Below the pieces are notes generated by a model that was not told the DNA's origin, made no database searches, and saw nothing but the letters and a program-made list of their open reading frames with translations. Positions 42,701 to 51,465 of a stretch of DNA of 64,000 nt are shown piece by piece (position 1 is the stretch's first letter; each line of letters begins with the position of its first letter). The DNA is taken from IMG/VR virus record IMGVR_UViG_3300009873_000003, positions 32,001 to 96,000 of that record; one strand, written 5' to 3'. Made by a program: the position numbers and the translations under genes. This DNA is from a virus (lineage: Duplodnaviria > Caudoviricetes).

Positions 42701-45531
42701 TCGCTGAACTTGGCAAGGTCGTGAATCTAACCGCAATTCCTGAAATCTTTACCTCTGGTTTGAATAGCATCATCACCTTGTTTAGTGAAAATTCAACCAT
42801 TGGCACGGTTGTACAAAGCGTTGTCACAGCGCTTGGACAATTCGCTGCACTAGTCGGTGTGCCTGAAGGTGTTGTGACATCGATTAGCAACATCTTCTCT
42901 TTCCTCTCTGGCGAAGATGTTGATGCAACGTCAGCAAACGCTGTGGCTGAAACGTTGAAGCAGTTCGGCAATCTGACTGGAATTCCGGTTAGTGTGAAAG
43001 AAAGTCTGGAAACTGTGTTTGGTTTCTTCAGTGAAAACACGACCATCACCACGACGATTGACGCAGTTAGCACAGCGCTTGGTAGATTTAACACATTGAC
43101 AGGGCTTGGCACAGGGTTCGCTGAAAGTTTCACAGCAGTCTTTGACCTCTTTTCTGGCGAAGCAACATTCCCACAAACGGTTGAACGAATTTCGACAGCA
43201 TTGAGCGGCATTGTGACAACATTGCAATCAACGCTTACTAATCCGTTTGATGCGCTCGACTTCGCAGCGTTTAGCACAACGATTGAAAACATTCAGACTG
43301 TGCTTGACAACATTTTTACAGCGTTCCAGAACCTGACAACCATTGATTTGTCTGGCATTAGCTCAGCCTTTGAGCCGCTCACCAGTCTTTTCGACACTGT
43401 TGGACAGCAGATTGAAAACATCAAGACTGGGCTGAGTTTCATTCCTGGCGTGAACTTGACGGGGGCTGAGGTTGAAGGCGAGGAGGAAGTCACCACAGAT
43501 GTGCAGACAAATCTACAATCAGCGCTAGACGACAAAACGCTGCCGTTAGAGACAAGAATTTCCATCATCACTGACGAGACTAACTTGTCTGAAGAGGCTG
43601 CTAAGGCGTTGGTTGCGATGAGCGATGCACTTGCGACAAATGCGACCTACATTTTCGGACAGCAGACTGGCGACAACCTGTCAACAGTCGTGAATGACTA
43701 TCTAAAGGCTGGGTTTAAGCCTGAAGACTTCAAGAAAATTGCTGAAGAGGCTGGCGTGCAAGTGCCTGCTGGCTTTGAAGAAGCATTCAAAAATCCTGAA
43801 AACTGGAGCGGTGCCAACACAGAAGCTGGCAATCAGATGGTTGCTGTGCTCGATGAAGTTAAAAAGAAACTTGGCATCGAGTCGCCATCGACTGTTGCTA
43901 GAGATGAAATCGGCTTGATGATTATTCAAGGCATCGCCGATGGCCTGAAGCTGTTAACTGGTGTGGACTTCGCTGGTCCTATCACTGAAGTCATGACGAC
44001 AATTCTGACGACAGCGCAGACGCAACTTGCCACTCTCTCAGCCAACATCAATCTGGCAGCTTCGATTTTCACGCTAGATGAAGCAATTGTCGCTCAGACT
44101 ACGGCAGGAGTTAATCAGTTCGTTGAAATCTTCACAGCAGGTTTTGAGTCAGTTTTAACACTCATCACAGAAAGTTTAGAAGAGTGGACAGAGTTGTTTG
44201 AAGAGTTCTTTGAAACCTTGCTTGACATGGCTGATGAGTTTGTGTCAGCGTTTGTTGCTGCGTTTGAAGACCTAAAGACACAGGTTTCGGACAAGATTAG
44301 AAGCCTGATTAGTGCGATTAAAAGCTTCAAACAGCAGTTCTATGACGCTGGCAAGGAACTTGCTTCAAAGCTAATTGATGGCATCAAAGACTTCTTAGGT
44401 GAAGATGGCGCTGGGCGTGCTTCTGTTGAAAGTGCTGTGAAGGGGTTGGCTAGTTTTATTTCTAGCTCTAACGAAGCAATCACGACAGCCTTTGCAAACG
44501 CTGGCAAGAGTTTCGCTAAACCGTTTGTCGAAGGCATTGCAGCGGGGATTGATGCTGAGCGCTCTAACGGTGCGCTGAAGCAAGCAATCAACAATTTAGT
44601 CACAAGAATCATTGAGATTGCTAAACAAGCTGCCGGTGTCAAGTCACCGTCAACAGAAGCCAGAGACCAAGTTGGCATTCCGATTGCGCAAGGCGTTGCT
44701 GTTGGCATCACGCAAGGTGCTGTCTTCTTAGACGCAGCAGTTAACGAGTTAATCGACGGCATCACGCTGCAAAATGCGTCGATTGGTGAGAGTTTTAATC
44801 GTGGCGTTGCAAATGGCATTGCTGACACAACAAACGTTGTCACCGACGCTGTGAAGCTAATGGCGACGTCTGGCGTCGAAGCCGCACGTCAAGCCTTAGA
44901 CATCAATTCACCTTCTAAGGTGACAGAAAAACTAATCGGGTTGCCGTTTGTGCAAGGCATTGCAAAAGCATTGTCAAGTGGGAAGGCGATGCTCACGCCT
45001 CTAACTTCTGACTTGCTCTCAATTCTACCAAATGATGCCAAGTTTAAACTAGACGTTGCGCCAAACCTTGAGCAACTGCGTTTGCAAGAGCAGAGCATTG
45101 ACGTCAAATATGACGGTTTGCTGAACGCCTTGCCAACGCTTTCGCAGGATGTCACGCTAAATCGCAGTCAAGTGAACGCTGCTAAAGCGATTGCCATGCA
45201 GCACAATATCTCAACCATTGCGACGAACAGAGTGACACAATCGTTCTTACAAGGAATGAATAAGGCTTATATCAGCGTTGCACCACATATCGCAGTCATG
45301 GCCGAAGCGCAGAGAGCTAAGCTTGGTAGTAGCGTGGCGAGCATCGTTGTTCCACATCAGCTTGAAAAACAACAAGTGCTTGCAAACAATACGCACATGA
45401 GCGATAATAGAACAACAGTGGTGAACAATCATCAGGAATATCACATGCACTTAACGACAACTGAGGGCAGAGCCGCTAGAAGAGTTCAAAAGAACTTCAA
45501 TTCGATGCGCTATGGCTATCGATTTAGATGA
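33796..45531 (+). CDS. Tape measure protein (3911 aa)
   Basis: Very long helical Ala/Gly/Phe-periodic protein with a tape-measure core (LGQMRS..K....DMKQL, TGTLSG....D) and L.I.SPS motifs; followed by tail-tip genes. Confidence 0.9.
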   Translation: MAENYSLVVELEGYQKFIDQAGSIDETIAKVGKNLETLASKFTKLDFGTVKFDTKSLEALANLDLKGKSQSLAAVAKQYGALGEAVKTVDAAKLAEVNKALGAGAKKETIEGKATAIGALYTELKRFEKLQLGIVPEQLRRIFESLKVTASFDADKIGQVHVAIAALAKGMAKLEGIKVSDDSIRQINLLSVALSNISNSETISKLGQLAPKVKELANAFLTFGKDTKSFDASILAKNINVSIEALMKFTALAKSFGAGVFGGKTLENFHNMANAVRELAKAFIEFKSPTEPFDNVGKNVTATITALKNLKDEFSQFGGGTTKVVKEVAESFRAIGEAATSLGSRTKSFEKLPDNIEKLNQALLNLNVKRLEEIAPTLERVAPALRSMSDLATVTGSVFTRMSSEVKTSTSGFNYFATIANVAKGSFSVISTTLSGLIGVFKTLSPLLFTVAKGFLTLPFDVVTSSVKTFAAVLLSPIRLLEWLGRTTIAFAREIRLLEIGLKTLLLPFKALEGLIALLGKTFNGFVAIIQKIAGSFDNFLTSGSKAKKEIEFFGTSAETTKAKAQALGTTLDSLDDKAAPVSVAFKQIGQSVDSSIDDSDTAKFVRFSSSLQAITTIGNAVMSTLSSMINSFKQFFAAGFEASASIENVQKSLNTLSAGDLMRRQADGALTLESALNQTEQASKDLLDRYQLLGFQSIFSRQQLTDAHQLAQSLGFTTDEAESLVRQTADWAAANGLSGDSIKALILPLGQMRSLTKANTVDMKQLITAGNVPAFELLRNELERLTGTQVSMTKVQELLSAGMIDSDTALRAVMAGFKTFDGAATKATGTLSGLANAFGDAKENIIRGFFEPLLSQEEGLRGAFTNLLSAENIIGATNAAREFGKVFAANVVGVVNRVVAGFKLLMAIWQAIPGPIQESIFFGLKFAAMTAAIASGIFVVTASLSALVTGFGLFVGAVPLATAAVAAFITTFVTNFDVVRGSIAQVLYSFSEMRGIVLSVGKALQQSFNTGVVDPKVFDDLSSLSQSLAQGLTSGLSEVGSALVSTFNLVKTWVGQFEDLAVNMFRWGNETILAFANGVMAGVGAIYNAIASIVKIFTEWFQPHSPPKVASDIDVWGEETAHVYTTGLQKGFLDGFRNVEVSVSAAFGALLSTFKTIASVGIFSVINAIVAGFSALSDVGSILILPAKLLLTTASALLDSLLVIVLGASSPFLTLEAKVYTTIAAIANFITKTFDGVVDFMAGFVASMLRLVSTFTNFFAMEFDIIGDSLLTSFPNTLGGVGKALSDFGSELSSGMEVASASVNRDVEDLGTKVKQNFANVMVDAVTSLLDPVTKGFSPTILTLANGVRLLQNVAVGLFNVFTGIGNFAVFSLVNAFQLLGTILNETLNIILAVAYGVANQIAIAIKTIVNTVEILADPFLSAGDKIKNIFELLGFSVEATLNNIVTTAQSVFGSISNIFSSFSAFGANELLLTFQSLGIAFPSIFGNIQQDVETFVNNASTALANFTTNTSDNFASLLSAVADYGYGLISAFADGIYAAVDIVADALSAMGDMISYWLAPGSPPNLLPDIDDWGTAAAQEFIDGFSEADLQTITNFGNTIEQTLEKLDVGDVNVEEVTRAFATGLDNLNRGGEFGSDVMERIVALTADAGPEVQALTSKFKTLAEEQAKLNRTTSLYNAELAKAQGTLDTLNANEEIDANAAKIEALQNALTNTYLTTEERTKIQTQIDKLQATNKIKQLEQQKKAQEESVKTVTDSIDTQKKLLDLSDEFDGDKQASAVTKIGEAASKSAKNVTDKFTKLQLQQRLAGKTTEEQIAIYKEYLSTLEDGSEEYIKTQTKIIELEAKLGKERESANKKLGKTAQLAEEFGSALAGGGSPFASLTKDINNKTAEIEKTINGTVKRVQDTWSLFVASFSFSRMSDISVPIDFSTLQKSVISIGSLIGKVAKAIDLAISYIDKYVVKNDIVRNALIALATVLTAGGIALKIKGIALAVGALLTPFNLAVVAVTLLGSAIFTFVQQSGGFSQTIQRIGDAWSGLTSAFSNSATGGEAALDFSSFEGVASSIGTVLGQAFSSVKEKFTKFYDNLSLAWQGAITNLQTSISDTWTNFTGLFSKLSFDLSGLKKVQEFFSKNWLEIMSGVADVIIGITLGRWLLIVRGIALVLQNFSLPTDVLTEVFVNFVNSIDNYIVKPVADAFASNSTLLGKISGALSKFYYGVLQVISTSVQGAFKRFGSGKFLANLNNFFDNTAIGKAVERNLNEAVVNIVPNLSASFDLSTFINQMFAQFGNAVAAVKAFVSDIKAAFSTGILANILNENKSAFSEFISEITSPAFLQSLSTIGKALGIVAGAVLALGAAIIDVALVGVLRNIADLFIVVGQGLDRVFAGFQQLISGDVLGGVSEIFGGIFDVVNGVFDTIGQTVADTVLAMVSFFNPEWAKTLDPIVSAISKIIVGFLGWQGTFTKVFSALGGFFSRLLPWFWKTQKATQGTTSLFSKFQTILAPFKTVVANVGNAFKNGVTNLQKFGETVPYLRGVLSALYRVLEVLASPLKPLYAGLQNLISAFGGANVTGSFLGTAFERLKSGLGLLSEAFALVWSWAKTAYSAFVGLAAPVQQFFLSIGRAAASLLRFVDSILGAVAHSTVLRTVITWVADVFTAILGVFRAVGLALFSVGRWFFNLTANVLAALKPLETVKALIQGLTLFVSFLGSALSRAVVNVLAFGTTLYTAVNDGIQSLLAMDFVQQFITWSSGWVDAIWTGLATFVTSLPEKITSWTTAFTEWLAPNSPPKFLPELANWGKAIALVLLQAMVDAPLDLITTLGTNIGTAILTFDWLQFATELGTKISGLFTSAIATVVAIPTTLSQFVNVTETEEGEFAQNIRDALPNFDAVFGEGVNEKISVGLADLVTFNQAEISTATDYFKQFFDALVGFANVQAIPEAFTTSLSTIIGFFQGDITFPEAIKTVVAELGKVVNLTAIPEIFTSGLNSIITLFSENSTIGTVVQSVVTALGQFAALVGVPEGVVTSISNIFSFLSGEDVDATSANAVAETLKQFGNLTGIPVSVKESLETVFGFFSENTTITTTIDAVSTALGRFNTLTGLGTGFAESFTAVFDLFSGEATFPQTVERISTALSGIVTTLQSTLTNPFDALDFAAFSTTIENIQTVLDNIFTAFQNLTTIDLSGISSAFEPLTSLFDTVGQQIENIKTGLSFIPGVNLTGAEVEGEEEVTTDVQTNLQSALDDKTLPLETRISIITDETNLSEEAAKALVAMSDALATNATYIFGQQTGDNLSTVVNDYLKAGFKPEDFKKIAEEAGVQVPAGFEEAFKNPENWSGANTEAGNQMVAVLDEVKKKLGIESPSTVARDEIGLMIIQGIADGLKLLTGVDFAGPITEVMTTILTTAQTQLATLSANINLAASIFTLDEAIVAQTTAGVNQFVEIFTAGFESVLTLITESLEEWTELFEEFFETLLDMADEFVSAFVAAFEDLKTQVSDKIRSLISAIKSFKQQFYDAGKELASKLIDGIKDFLGEDGAGRASVESAVKGLASFISSSNEAITTAFANAGKSFAKPFVEGIAAGIDAERSNGALKQAINNLVTRIIEIAKQAAGVKSPSTEARDQVGIPIAQGVAVGITQGAVFLDAAVNELIDGITLQNASIGESFNRGVANGIADTTNVVTDAVKLMATSGVEAARQALDINSPSKVTEKLIGLPFVQGIAKALSSGKAMLTPLTSDLLSILPNDAKFKLDVAPNLEQLRLQEQSIDVKYDGLLNALPTLSQDVTLNRSQVNAAKAIAMQHNISTIATNRVTQSFLQGMNKAYISVAPHIAVMAEAQRAKLGSSVASIVVPHQLEKQQVLANNTHMSDNRTTVVNNHQEYHMHLTTTEGRAARRVQKNFNSMRYGYRFR

Positions 45532-45578
45532 GGCGAAGCAATCGATTTAGATGAGGCGAAGCAATCGATTTAGATGAG
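45518..45578 (+). repeat. 23-bp tandem repeat x2.6 (ATCGATTTAGATGAGGCGAAGCA) spanning the tape-measure stop
   Basis: Directly visible. Confidence 0.9.
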
Positions 45579-45596
45579 AGATGACAGAGGGGACAA

Positions 45597-46847
45597 ATGG
45601 CCTACGAACTACGTCTTTATGACGCATACGGCACATATAAATTTAATCTAGATGATTTCACAAGCCTTGAATATTCACGCAAGGCGAACGATTTGGGCAT
45701 TGCGACTGTGACAATCTTCGGTGGTGACTATGACATCACTGACTTTCAACGAGATGACAGGCTCGAAATCTATCGTATTGACAAGCGCAAGAAGACACTG
45801 GTTGGTAACACGTGCTGGTTCCTTAGAAAACACGAAGTTCCAATCGAGTCGGATTGCAGCACAACAACTGTGTTAACCTTCTATGATACGATGCACTTGC
45901 TCACACGCAGAGTCGTCGCCTGGTCTGGACGCTTGGCCGTTGGCTATGTTTCGCACCTGCTGCAAACCTACGATTCAATGCTACATCTCATCATGTACTT
46001 TAACTACGGTCAAGGTACAACGTCAGAAATTCTGAATCTTAGTGCGCTTAACACGAACGTTCCTTCGCAGAATTTAAGAGATTTGAATGGCGCTGCACTA
46101 GGCACAATCCAGAGTTGGCAATTCACGCCGTATGGTTCCGTTATTGCTGACCTAAGCAACCGTCGTTTGCCTATCACGCTTCCCTTACCACCTAATCAAT
46201 CAACATTGTCAGGAACGCAGCGGTTTGAACATCTGACTTGTTTGAAAGCGATGCAGGACATTGCGAACCTGTCGCTGTTACGAGGGGAGAAGCTTTATTT
46301 CGATATTCTCTACAATCCAGCAACGACAACTTCTGCTGCAACGTTCGAGTTCAGAACCTGGGTGAATTTACGAGGCTCTGACCGAACGTTTGGCAACAAT
46401 GTTTATATCGTCGGTCCGCAGTTTGGCAATTTGGTTGACGCTGCCATTGTGCGAGACTGGGAGAGTGAGGCCACAATCGCCTATGTAGCTGGCAACGGAC
46501 AGGACGAGACGAAAATCTACGCAAGTGCAAGAAAGTCAGGCGTCTTCAATTCTCCCTTCTATCCAATCGAAATTTTCGGTTCTGAGAGTTTTGGAGATGA
46601 CACAGCCGCTGTTCACAACTTGCCTGAAGGCGTTGCTGCTGCGCAAGTGCTGCTAGCAGACAATGCTGCAAGTGAAACATTGACAGGCACAATTATTAAT
46701 AGCGATAGTCTCGACTTCTTCGTCAACATTCAACCATACGATAAGATTGTGGCTCAGTTCAAAGACTTTCAACAATTCATCTACATTGACGAGTACAACG
46801 TTTCGGTTGACGACAGTGGCGAGGAAATCACCATTCCATTAGGGTAG
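45597..46847 (+). CDS. Siphovirus minor tail/hub protein (Gp37-like)
   Basis: YELRLYD..G, LEYSR..ND.G, RG.DR, FGNL and AT..YVAG.G patterns; directly after the tape measure. Confidence 0.6.
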   Translation: MAYELRLYDAYGTYKFNLDDFTSLEYSRKANDLGIATVTIFGGDYDITDFQRDDRLEIYRIDKRKKTLVGNTCWFLRKHEVPIESDCSTTTVLTFYDTMHLLTRRVVAWSGRLAVGYVSHLLQTYDSMLHLIMYFNYGQGTTSEILNLSALNTNVPSQNLRDLNGAALGTIQSWQFTPYGSVIADLSNRRLPITLPLPPNQSTLSGTQRFEHLTCLKAMQDIANLSLLRGEKLYFDILYNPATTTSAATFEFRTWVNLRGSDRTFGNNVYIVGPQFGNLVDAAIVRDWESEATIAYVAGNGQDETKIYASARKSGVFNSPFYPIEIFGSESFGDDTAAVHNLPEGVAAAQVLLADNAASETLTGTIINSDSLDFFVNIQPYDKIVAQFKDFQQFIYIDEYNVSVDDSGEEITIPLG

Positions 46848-46888
46848 TGCAATAAGGACACTTCATGTGCAATAAGGACACTTCATGT
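46847..46888 (+). repeat. 20-bp tandem duplication containing RBS and ATG (GTGCAATAAGGACACTTCAT x2)
   Basis: Directly visible. Confidence 0.9.
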
Positions 46889-47298
46889 ACGAACGCTATT
46901 TAGAGACACTTGGAAATAAGTTGGAAAGAGTTGACAAAAAGCACAGTCTTCATGCGTCTAGATTCGTTGGGCAGGACATGTATCCACAGATTGACACTGC
47001 GCACGGTTGGAAGATGCAGACAGTCAATGGCAGAGATTATATTCGTTCTGGAGAGCTTTGGGTCAGTCGTGAGTTGTTCAAAATCGTTGTCAGCGATGCG
47101 AAACGCTTTATGATATGTGTCGGGTCAATGTGTCTGGTTGAATCAATCATCGCATCTGAGCCATGTCGCTTGCAAATTTCTGACACAATTCTAGACATTG
47201 AGCCTGGAAATGACTATAATATCATCGCATATCCGCTCGATGTGTTCACGTTAGTAGGTGACGCAGTGATTGAAATAAACTACAGAGAGTTGCTATGA
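46885..47298 (+). CDS. Hypothetical tail-module protein
   Basis: AAGGA RBS; operon context. Confidence 0.55.
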   Translation: MYERYLETLGNKLERVDKKHSLHASRFVGQDMYPQIDTAHGWKMQTVNGRDYIRSGELWVSRELFKIVVSDAKRFMICVGSMCLVESIIASEPCRLQISDTILDIEPGNDYNIIAYPLDVFTLVGDAVIEINYRELL

Positions 47299-50078
47299 GC
47301 ACTAGTTATCAAGCAGTTGTCCCTATTCCAAATGGCTATTTTCTAGAAAAAGATGAAGGCTTCCTGACTGCCATCATTCCAGAGCGGCGGACAAATTATG
47401 TCTTAAACCCGCTTTTAGAGAATGACATCACGTCAATCACGAACACGCTGAAAAACATCACGCTAACGTCAGCAACATTCTTGCGCATTGCTGGTGGACC
47501 ATTCTGGCTCGACTATCTCAGGTTCACCCTGAATGTTAACAGCGTGATTGCTAACAAGCTACCTGGCACAAATATTAGCGGCACAGTGAGTGCAAGCGTT
47601 TGGGTGAAGAGTTTAAACAACAATGTGACCTTTAGAATCAGAGTCAGGGCGAAGGATTCCGTCACAACGAACGATGTCACCTTCACATCAGAAATTTTCA
47701 CAGTGCCAACCAAAGATTTTGAGCAATTTACCTTCACCTTCACGCCAACCAACGGCATCTATAACGGCACGCTCGATATTTTAATCGTCACTGGCACAAC
47801 GATTGATGTGGCTGGAATGCAGTTGGAGAGAGGTAAATACGCAACGACTTTCATTCATGGCTACGCAGGTGAAGGTTATAGTTGGAATGGGCAGCCGACT
47901 AATGCAACATCATTAAGAACAGAAGACGTGATTTGCGGTGGACGTGAGATTAATTTAAGAGAGCTAGGTTTCAGAATCACTAGCGTGGAAGGTCTTGGCA
48001 TCCCTGACAACTTTGACATTAACATGCAAGCTAAGGCTTCGGGCATGGGAAGCACATTCACCTGTCGTTCGATTGGCGAACGAGAAGTCACAGTGACTGG
48101 CATCGTTTATGCTAAAGATTTGAAAGCTTTACTAACGCAGCGCAATAGCCTAGGTTACGCAGTGTTTGACAAAGCTGCGATTCGTTGTTTTAAATGGCAA
48201 CCAGCGACGTGCGACAACACGTTTGAGTGTGTTCACTTCACAGGAATTTTAGAATCTGGCATGTCGTTTGGGTATAACACGCATCACGGCGAGGAAATTG
48301 AATTAACATTCGTTGACCCCAACGTCAAACTTGAATCTTGCACGACGACTTGTGAAACGCTCAACACAATTCCGACCGACACAACGGCACGCCTCTTTGC
48401 CTTCGACGAAAACGGCAATCGACACCTACTCCCTGTGCCAACTTTGTCAGGTTACACGCAAGAGCTAATGCTCGACCTAACCTATAGCACCTACACCAAG
48501 AAGCTCTATGTTGCCATGTCTGCTATACCATCAGGCGGCATGGGGGCAACGCAATATTTAATCATGGAATATGATGGTTCTGAGTGGATTCCCATCGTTT
48601 TTTCTACTCGCATCGTCTCGAAAGTGTTTGCGCACGGTAACTTTCTTTTCGCTGGTGCGGCTGGTGCAGCGACTTTCACAGGTCAGAATGGTTGGACAGG
48701 GACGAGTGTCGGGCCATTATTTTGCGGCAATCTGACAAGCAAGACGATTATTAGCGGCGTTGGTGACATTCAGACGACAAATGTTCTCGCTGCAAGTGGA
48801 GCCTCTGTCGCTCCTAACGTTGCTGCTTTCGCTTCTGATGGTGGCGACTATATTTTCTTCGGAGGAAATTTTAGTAGCAACAGTTCCTTCGAGTCTGACC
48901 TTGGTATGCTGAATATTCGTGCCTCTTCCAGTGCCAACCCACAACGTGAATTTCATGGCATTAGTGGGTATGCGACCACAAGAGGCGGCATTAAGGCGTT
49001 ACTCTACATTCAAGAGAAACGGGAACTATGGCTTGGTGGTGATTTTAACAACAACATCCTGTCTGGGACTGCAAACCAAGCGCAAGGTTTCTTTGGCTAC
49101 AGTTTTGCTAGGGCAACGCAGGTCAACAAGTTCGGCAGCGGCATCTATCAGTATCCACAACTTGCTGCGACATCTGGTGTATCACCGTTAGGTGTCGTTC
49201 ATGCTCTTGCTTACTACAAGGGTCGTGTGATTCTTGGCGGTCAGTTTAGTGACATCGAATCGGCTTCAACGCTCGTCACTGGCTATACAAGAGTGAATGG
49301 CTTGGCGTATATTGATGAAGGGGGCATTGCGAGACCATTTAATGGTAGTTGGGGCGTAAATGTTACAGGTGCAGCATTGCCAACAGTGATTGAAATGTCG
49401 GTTTGTGACGACGTGTTGCACATCGCTGGCATATTTAAAGAATATGGAGTCGTTGATAAACAATTTGGCACGTTCACTAGACAAGGCACAGCGCTAGGCG
49501 CAGTTGATTTTGTCGCTGCTGGCTATGCTGAGTCAGGCAGTATGACGCAAGCCATTATTAGTAGTGTTATAATGTCTGGTGAAGGAAAACTGAATGGTGT
49601 TGTGTGCACCGACAATCCAGACTACGCACTCGTCTATTTCGCAGAACACAACACCAATGTGACCAGCGCAACCTATCTACCGCAAACCGTCACCTTGTGC
49701 AGCAATCGTCTAGAGACATCACCTATCGTCTACATGCGTGGGCCTGGGACAGTGCGTGGATTAAAGAACTACGCCAATGGCACTCGCATTGACTTTAACT
49801 ATAAGTTCGCAACGTTCGGGTTGGTTGGCGGTGCGCTAGCGTCTGACGAAGTGTTGATGTTCGACTTCACGCAGAATCCAATCAAAGTCACGAGTTCGAT
49901 TTTTGGTGATGTGAGTTCAAGAATTTTGCCAACGTCAATTCCGCTTATCTTATCACCAGGCACGAATGAAATTGCGATTGATTTCGAGCCTGATTCAACA
50001 ACCGTGAACACAAAAGCTTGGCTCTGTTGGCGTGAGACAGCATTGTCAGCAGAAGCGTTACAAACAGAGTGTTTATAA
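47295..50078 (+). CDS. Distal-tail (Dit)-like protein with CBM-like and beta-propeller insertions
   Basis: RTNYVLNP..QLE.G..AT..I.G..W.G CBM-like domain, G.G.P...REVTVTG...DP Dit-like part, GG.F propeller repeats, and L.PG.N.I C-terminus. Confidence 0.6.
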   Translation: MSTSYQAVVPIPNGYFLEKDEGFLTAIIPERRTNYVLNPLLENDITSITNTLKNITLTSATFLRIAGGPFWLDYLRFTLNVNSVIANKLPGTNISGTVSASVWVKSLNNNVTFRIRVRAKDSVTTNDVTFTSEIFTVPTKDFEQFTFTFTPTNGIYNGTLDILIVTGTTIDVAGMQLERGKYATTFIHGYAGEGYSWNGQPTNATSLRTEDVICGGREINLRELGFRITSVEGLGIPDNFDINMQAKASGMGSTFTCRSIGEREVTVTGIVYAKDLKALLTQRNSLGYAVFDKAAIRCFKWQPATCDNTFECVHFTGILESGMSFGYNTHHGEEIELTFVDPNVKLESCTTTCETLNTIPTDTTARLFAFDENGNRHLLPVPTLSGYTQELMLDLTYSTYTKKLYVAMSAIPSGGMGATQYLIMEYDGSEWIPIVFSTRIVSKVFAHGNFLFAGAAGAATFTGQNGWTGTSVGPLFCGNLTSKTIISGVGDIQTTNVLAASGASVAPNVAAFASDGGDYIFFGGNFSSNSSFESDLGMLNIRASSSANPQREFHGISGYATTRGGIKALLYIQEKRELWLGGDFNNNILSGTANQAQGFFGYSFARATQVNKFGSGIYQYPQLAATSGVSPLGVVHALAYYKGRVILGGQFSDIESASTLVTGYTRVNGLAYIDEGGIARPFNGSWGVNVTGAALPTVIEMSVCDDVLHIAGIFKEYGVVDKQFGTFTRQGTALGAVDFVAAGYAESGSMTQAIISSVIMSGEGKLNGVVCTDNPDYALVYFAEHNTNVTSATYLPQTVTLCSNRLETSPIVYMRGPGTVRGLKNYANGTRIDFNYKFATFGLVGGALASDEVLMFDFTQNPIKVTSSIFGDVSSRILPTSIPLILSPGTNEIAIDFEPDSTTVNTKAWLCWRETALSAEALQTECL

Positions 50079-50087
50079 GGAGTAAGA

Positions 50088-51308
50088 ATGTCAGTCACTA
50101 TCACAAAGACACCGATGCCGCTTGAATATTTCATGCAATTTATCAACATTGACCCACTGCTGTTCAATGGCATCGATATTAATAATTGCGTCTACGTCGA
50201 ATCACCGCTGTGTAATTTCCACTGGGACCAATACAGCACAGGCAGGCAGATGTATAATCGTGAACAACTTGCGGAATGTATTTGCGCTGCTTACGATAAG
50301 GTTGCGAACTACTTAGGCGTTAAGCCAACACTGCAATGGGAAACTGAGGAAATCGTTGTCGAGCCGCACTGGTTCTATCAAAATTCAAAGCTTCCTGCGA
50401 CAGAAATGACCTTCAGAACCAAGTGGAACAATGTGAAGGAGTTCGGTCAACGGCTTTTAAAAAAGCAAGAAACAGTCGCACTAACCTATGAAATCGTTGG
50501 TGTGAATGACTTTACCTCCTACGCTGATTTCACAACAACTGTGCCAGCCGACCACAATGTCTGTGACATTCGTGCCTTCTCAAGTGGGCACGAGATTTCA
50601 CCTATAACTTTACTTAGTTATGATGAAAACACACGCCTTGCTAGCTTTCGCATTGCTAGTTGGAATCTCGTCAAAACCGAACTCTATCTTAAAAGAACGT
50701 GGGGAACGGCGCAGAAGGTGACATGTGACATGAGCAATTTCCTAAACGAAATCGATGTCTACTATGACATGATTGACCCCTGCAAGCCAGCAGTTGAAAT
50801 CATTTACCCCGAATCTCACACTTGCACAAACAATTGTCGTGAGAAAAGACAACCCGCTTGCGCCAGAATCATCGACGCTTGCAATGGTTATTTTAAAATC
50901 ATTCCACAAAAATATGACAGCACTGGCTGCGTGATTGATGGTTCTGACTGCTGCTACTGTTCAACTCCAGTTAGGTTGAGGGTTCACTACAGAGCAGGTT
51001 GTCATGCGCCTTGCAATGCGCAGTGTGACGCTAGCTGTAAGTGTCGGCAATTGTTGAACATCGTCTCGATGCTTGCTGCGTGCTGTCTCGATTCCTATCC
51101 GTTCTGCAACTGCGACTGCATGTCAACAAACATCACCAAATATCAAATCAACACAGCATTTGTACCAAAAGATGGTGACAGGTGGAACATTGCCGCATCA
51201 ATCAGAAACGAGTTAGTAGGTGGGTTTGGAACAAGAGTTGGAGAAATCGAAGCGTTGTTGATGCTGAATCAAATCATCAATTCGGAACAATTCTGCGCAC
51301 GAGAATGA
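50088..51308 (+). CDS. Very Cys-rich virion protein (head-tail adaptor-like)
   Basis: AAGGAG RBS; REQLA..I..A...VA.YLG and LRVHYRAG patterns; 26 Cys in 406 aa. Confidence 0.45.
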   Translation: MSVTITKTPMPLEYFMQFINIDPLLFNGIDINNCVYVESPLCNFHWDQYSTGRQMYNREQLAECICAAYDKVANYLGVKPTLQWETEEIVVEPHWFYQNSKLPATEMTFRTKWNNVKEFGQRLLKKQETVALTYEIVGVNDFTSYADFTTTVPADHNVCDIRAFSSGHEISPITLLSYDENTRLASFRIASWNLVKTELYLKRTWGTAQKVTCDMSNFLNEIDVYYDMIDPCKPAVEIIYPESHTCTNNCREKRQPACARIIDACNGYFKIIPQKYDSTGCVIDGSDCCYCSTPVRLRVHYRAGCHAPCNAQCDASCKCRQLLNIVSMLAACCLDSYPFCNCDCMSTNITKYQINTAFVPKDGDRWNIAASIRNELVGGFGTRVGEIEALLMLNQIINSEQFCARE

Positions 51309-51352
51309 GCGTGAACGCTTGACAAACGTTTCATTCTGTGTTAGAATGTCTC

Positions 51353-51427
51353 TATAACAAACATCTAAAACATTAAAGTTCTTCTTGGGAAACGCTCCTA
51401 GCGAAATTAATCGCTAGGAGCATTTTT
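51353..51427 (+). ncRNA. Tandem sRNA unit 1
   Basis: TTGACA(51319)-17-TAGAAT, no ORF, GCTCCTAGCGA/TCGCTAGGAGC terminator. Confidence 0.55.
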
Positions 51428-51465
51428 GTTGTTGACAATTTAACAAGCGTATGGTTTAATAGCGT

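Noticed and set aside
45518-45578. Possible mini CRISPR array
   Set aside because: The units are contiguous tandem copies with no unique spacers, and there are no cas genes in the window.
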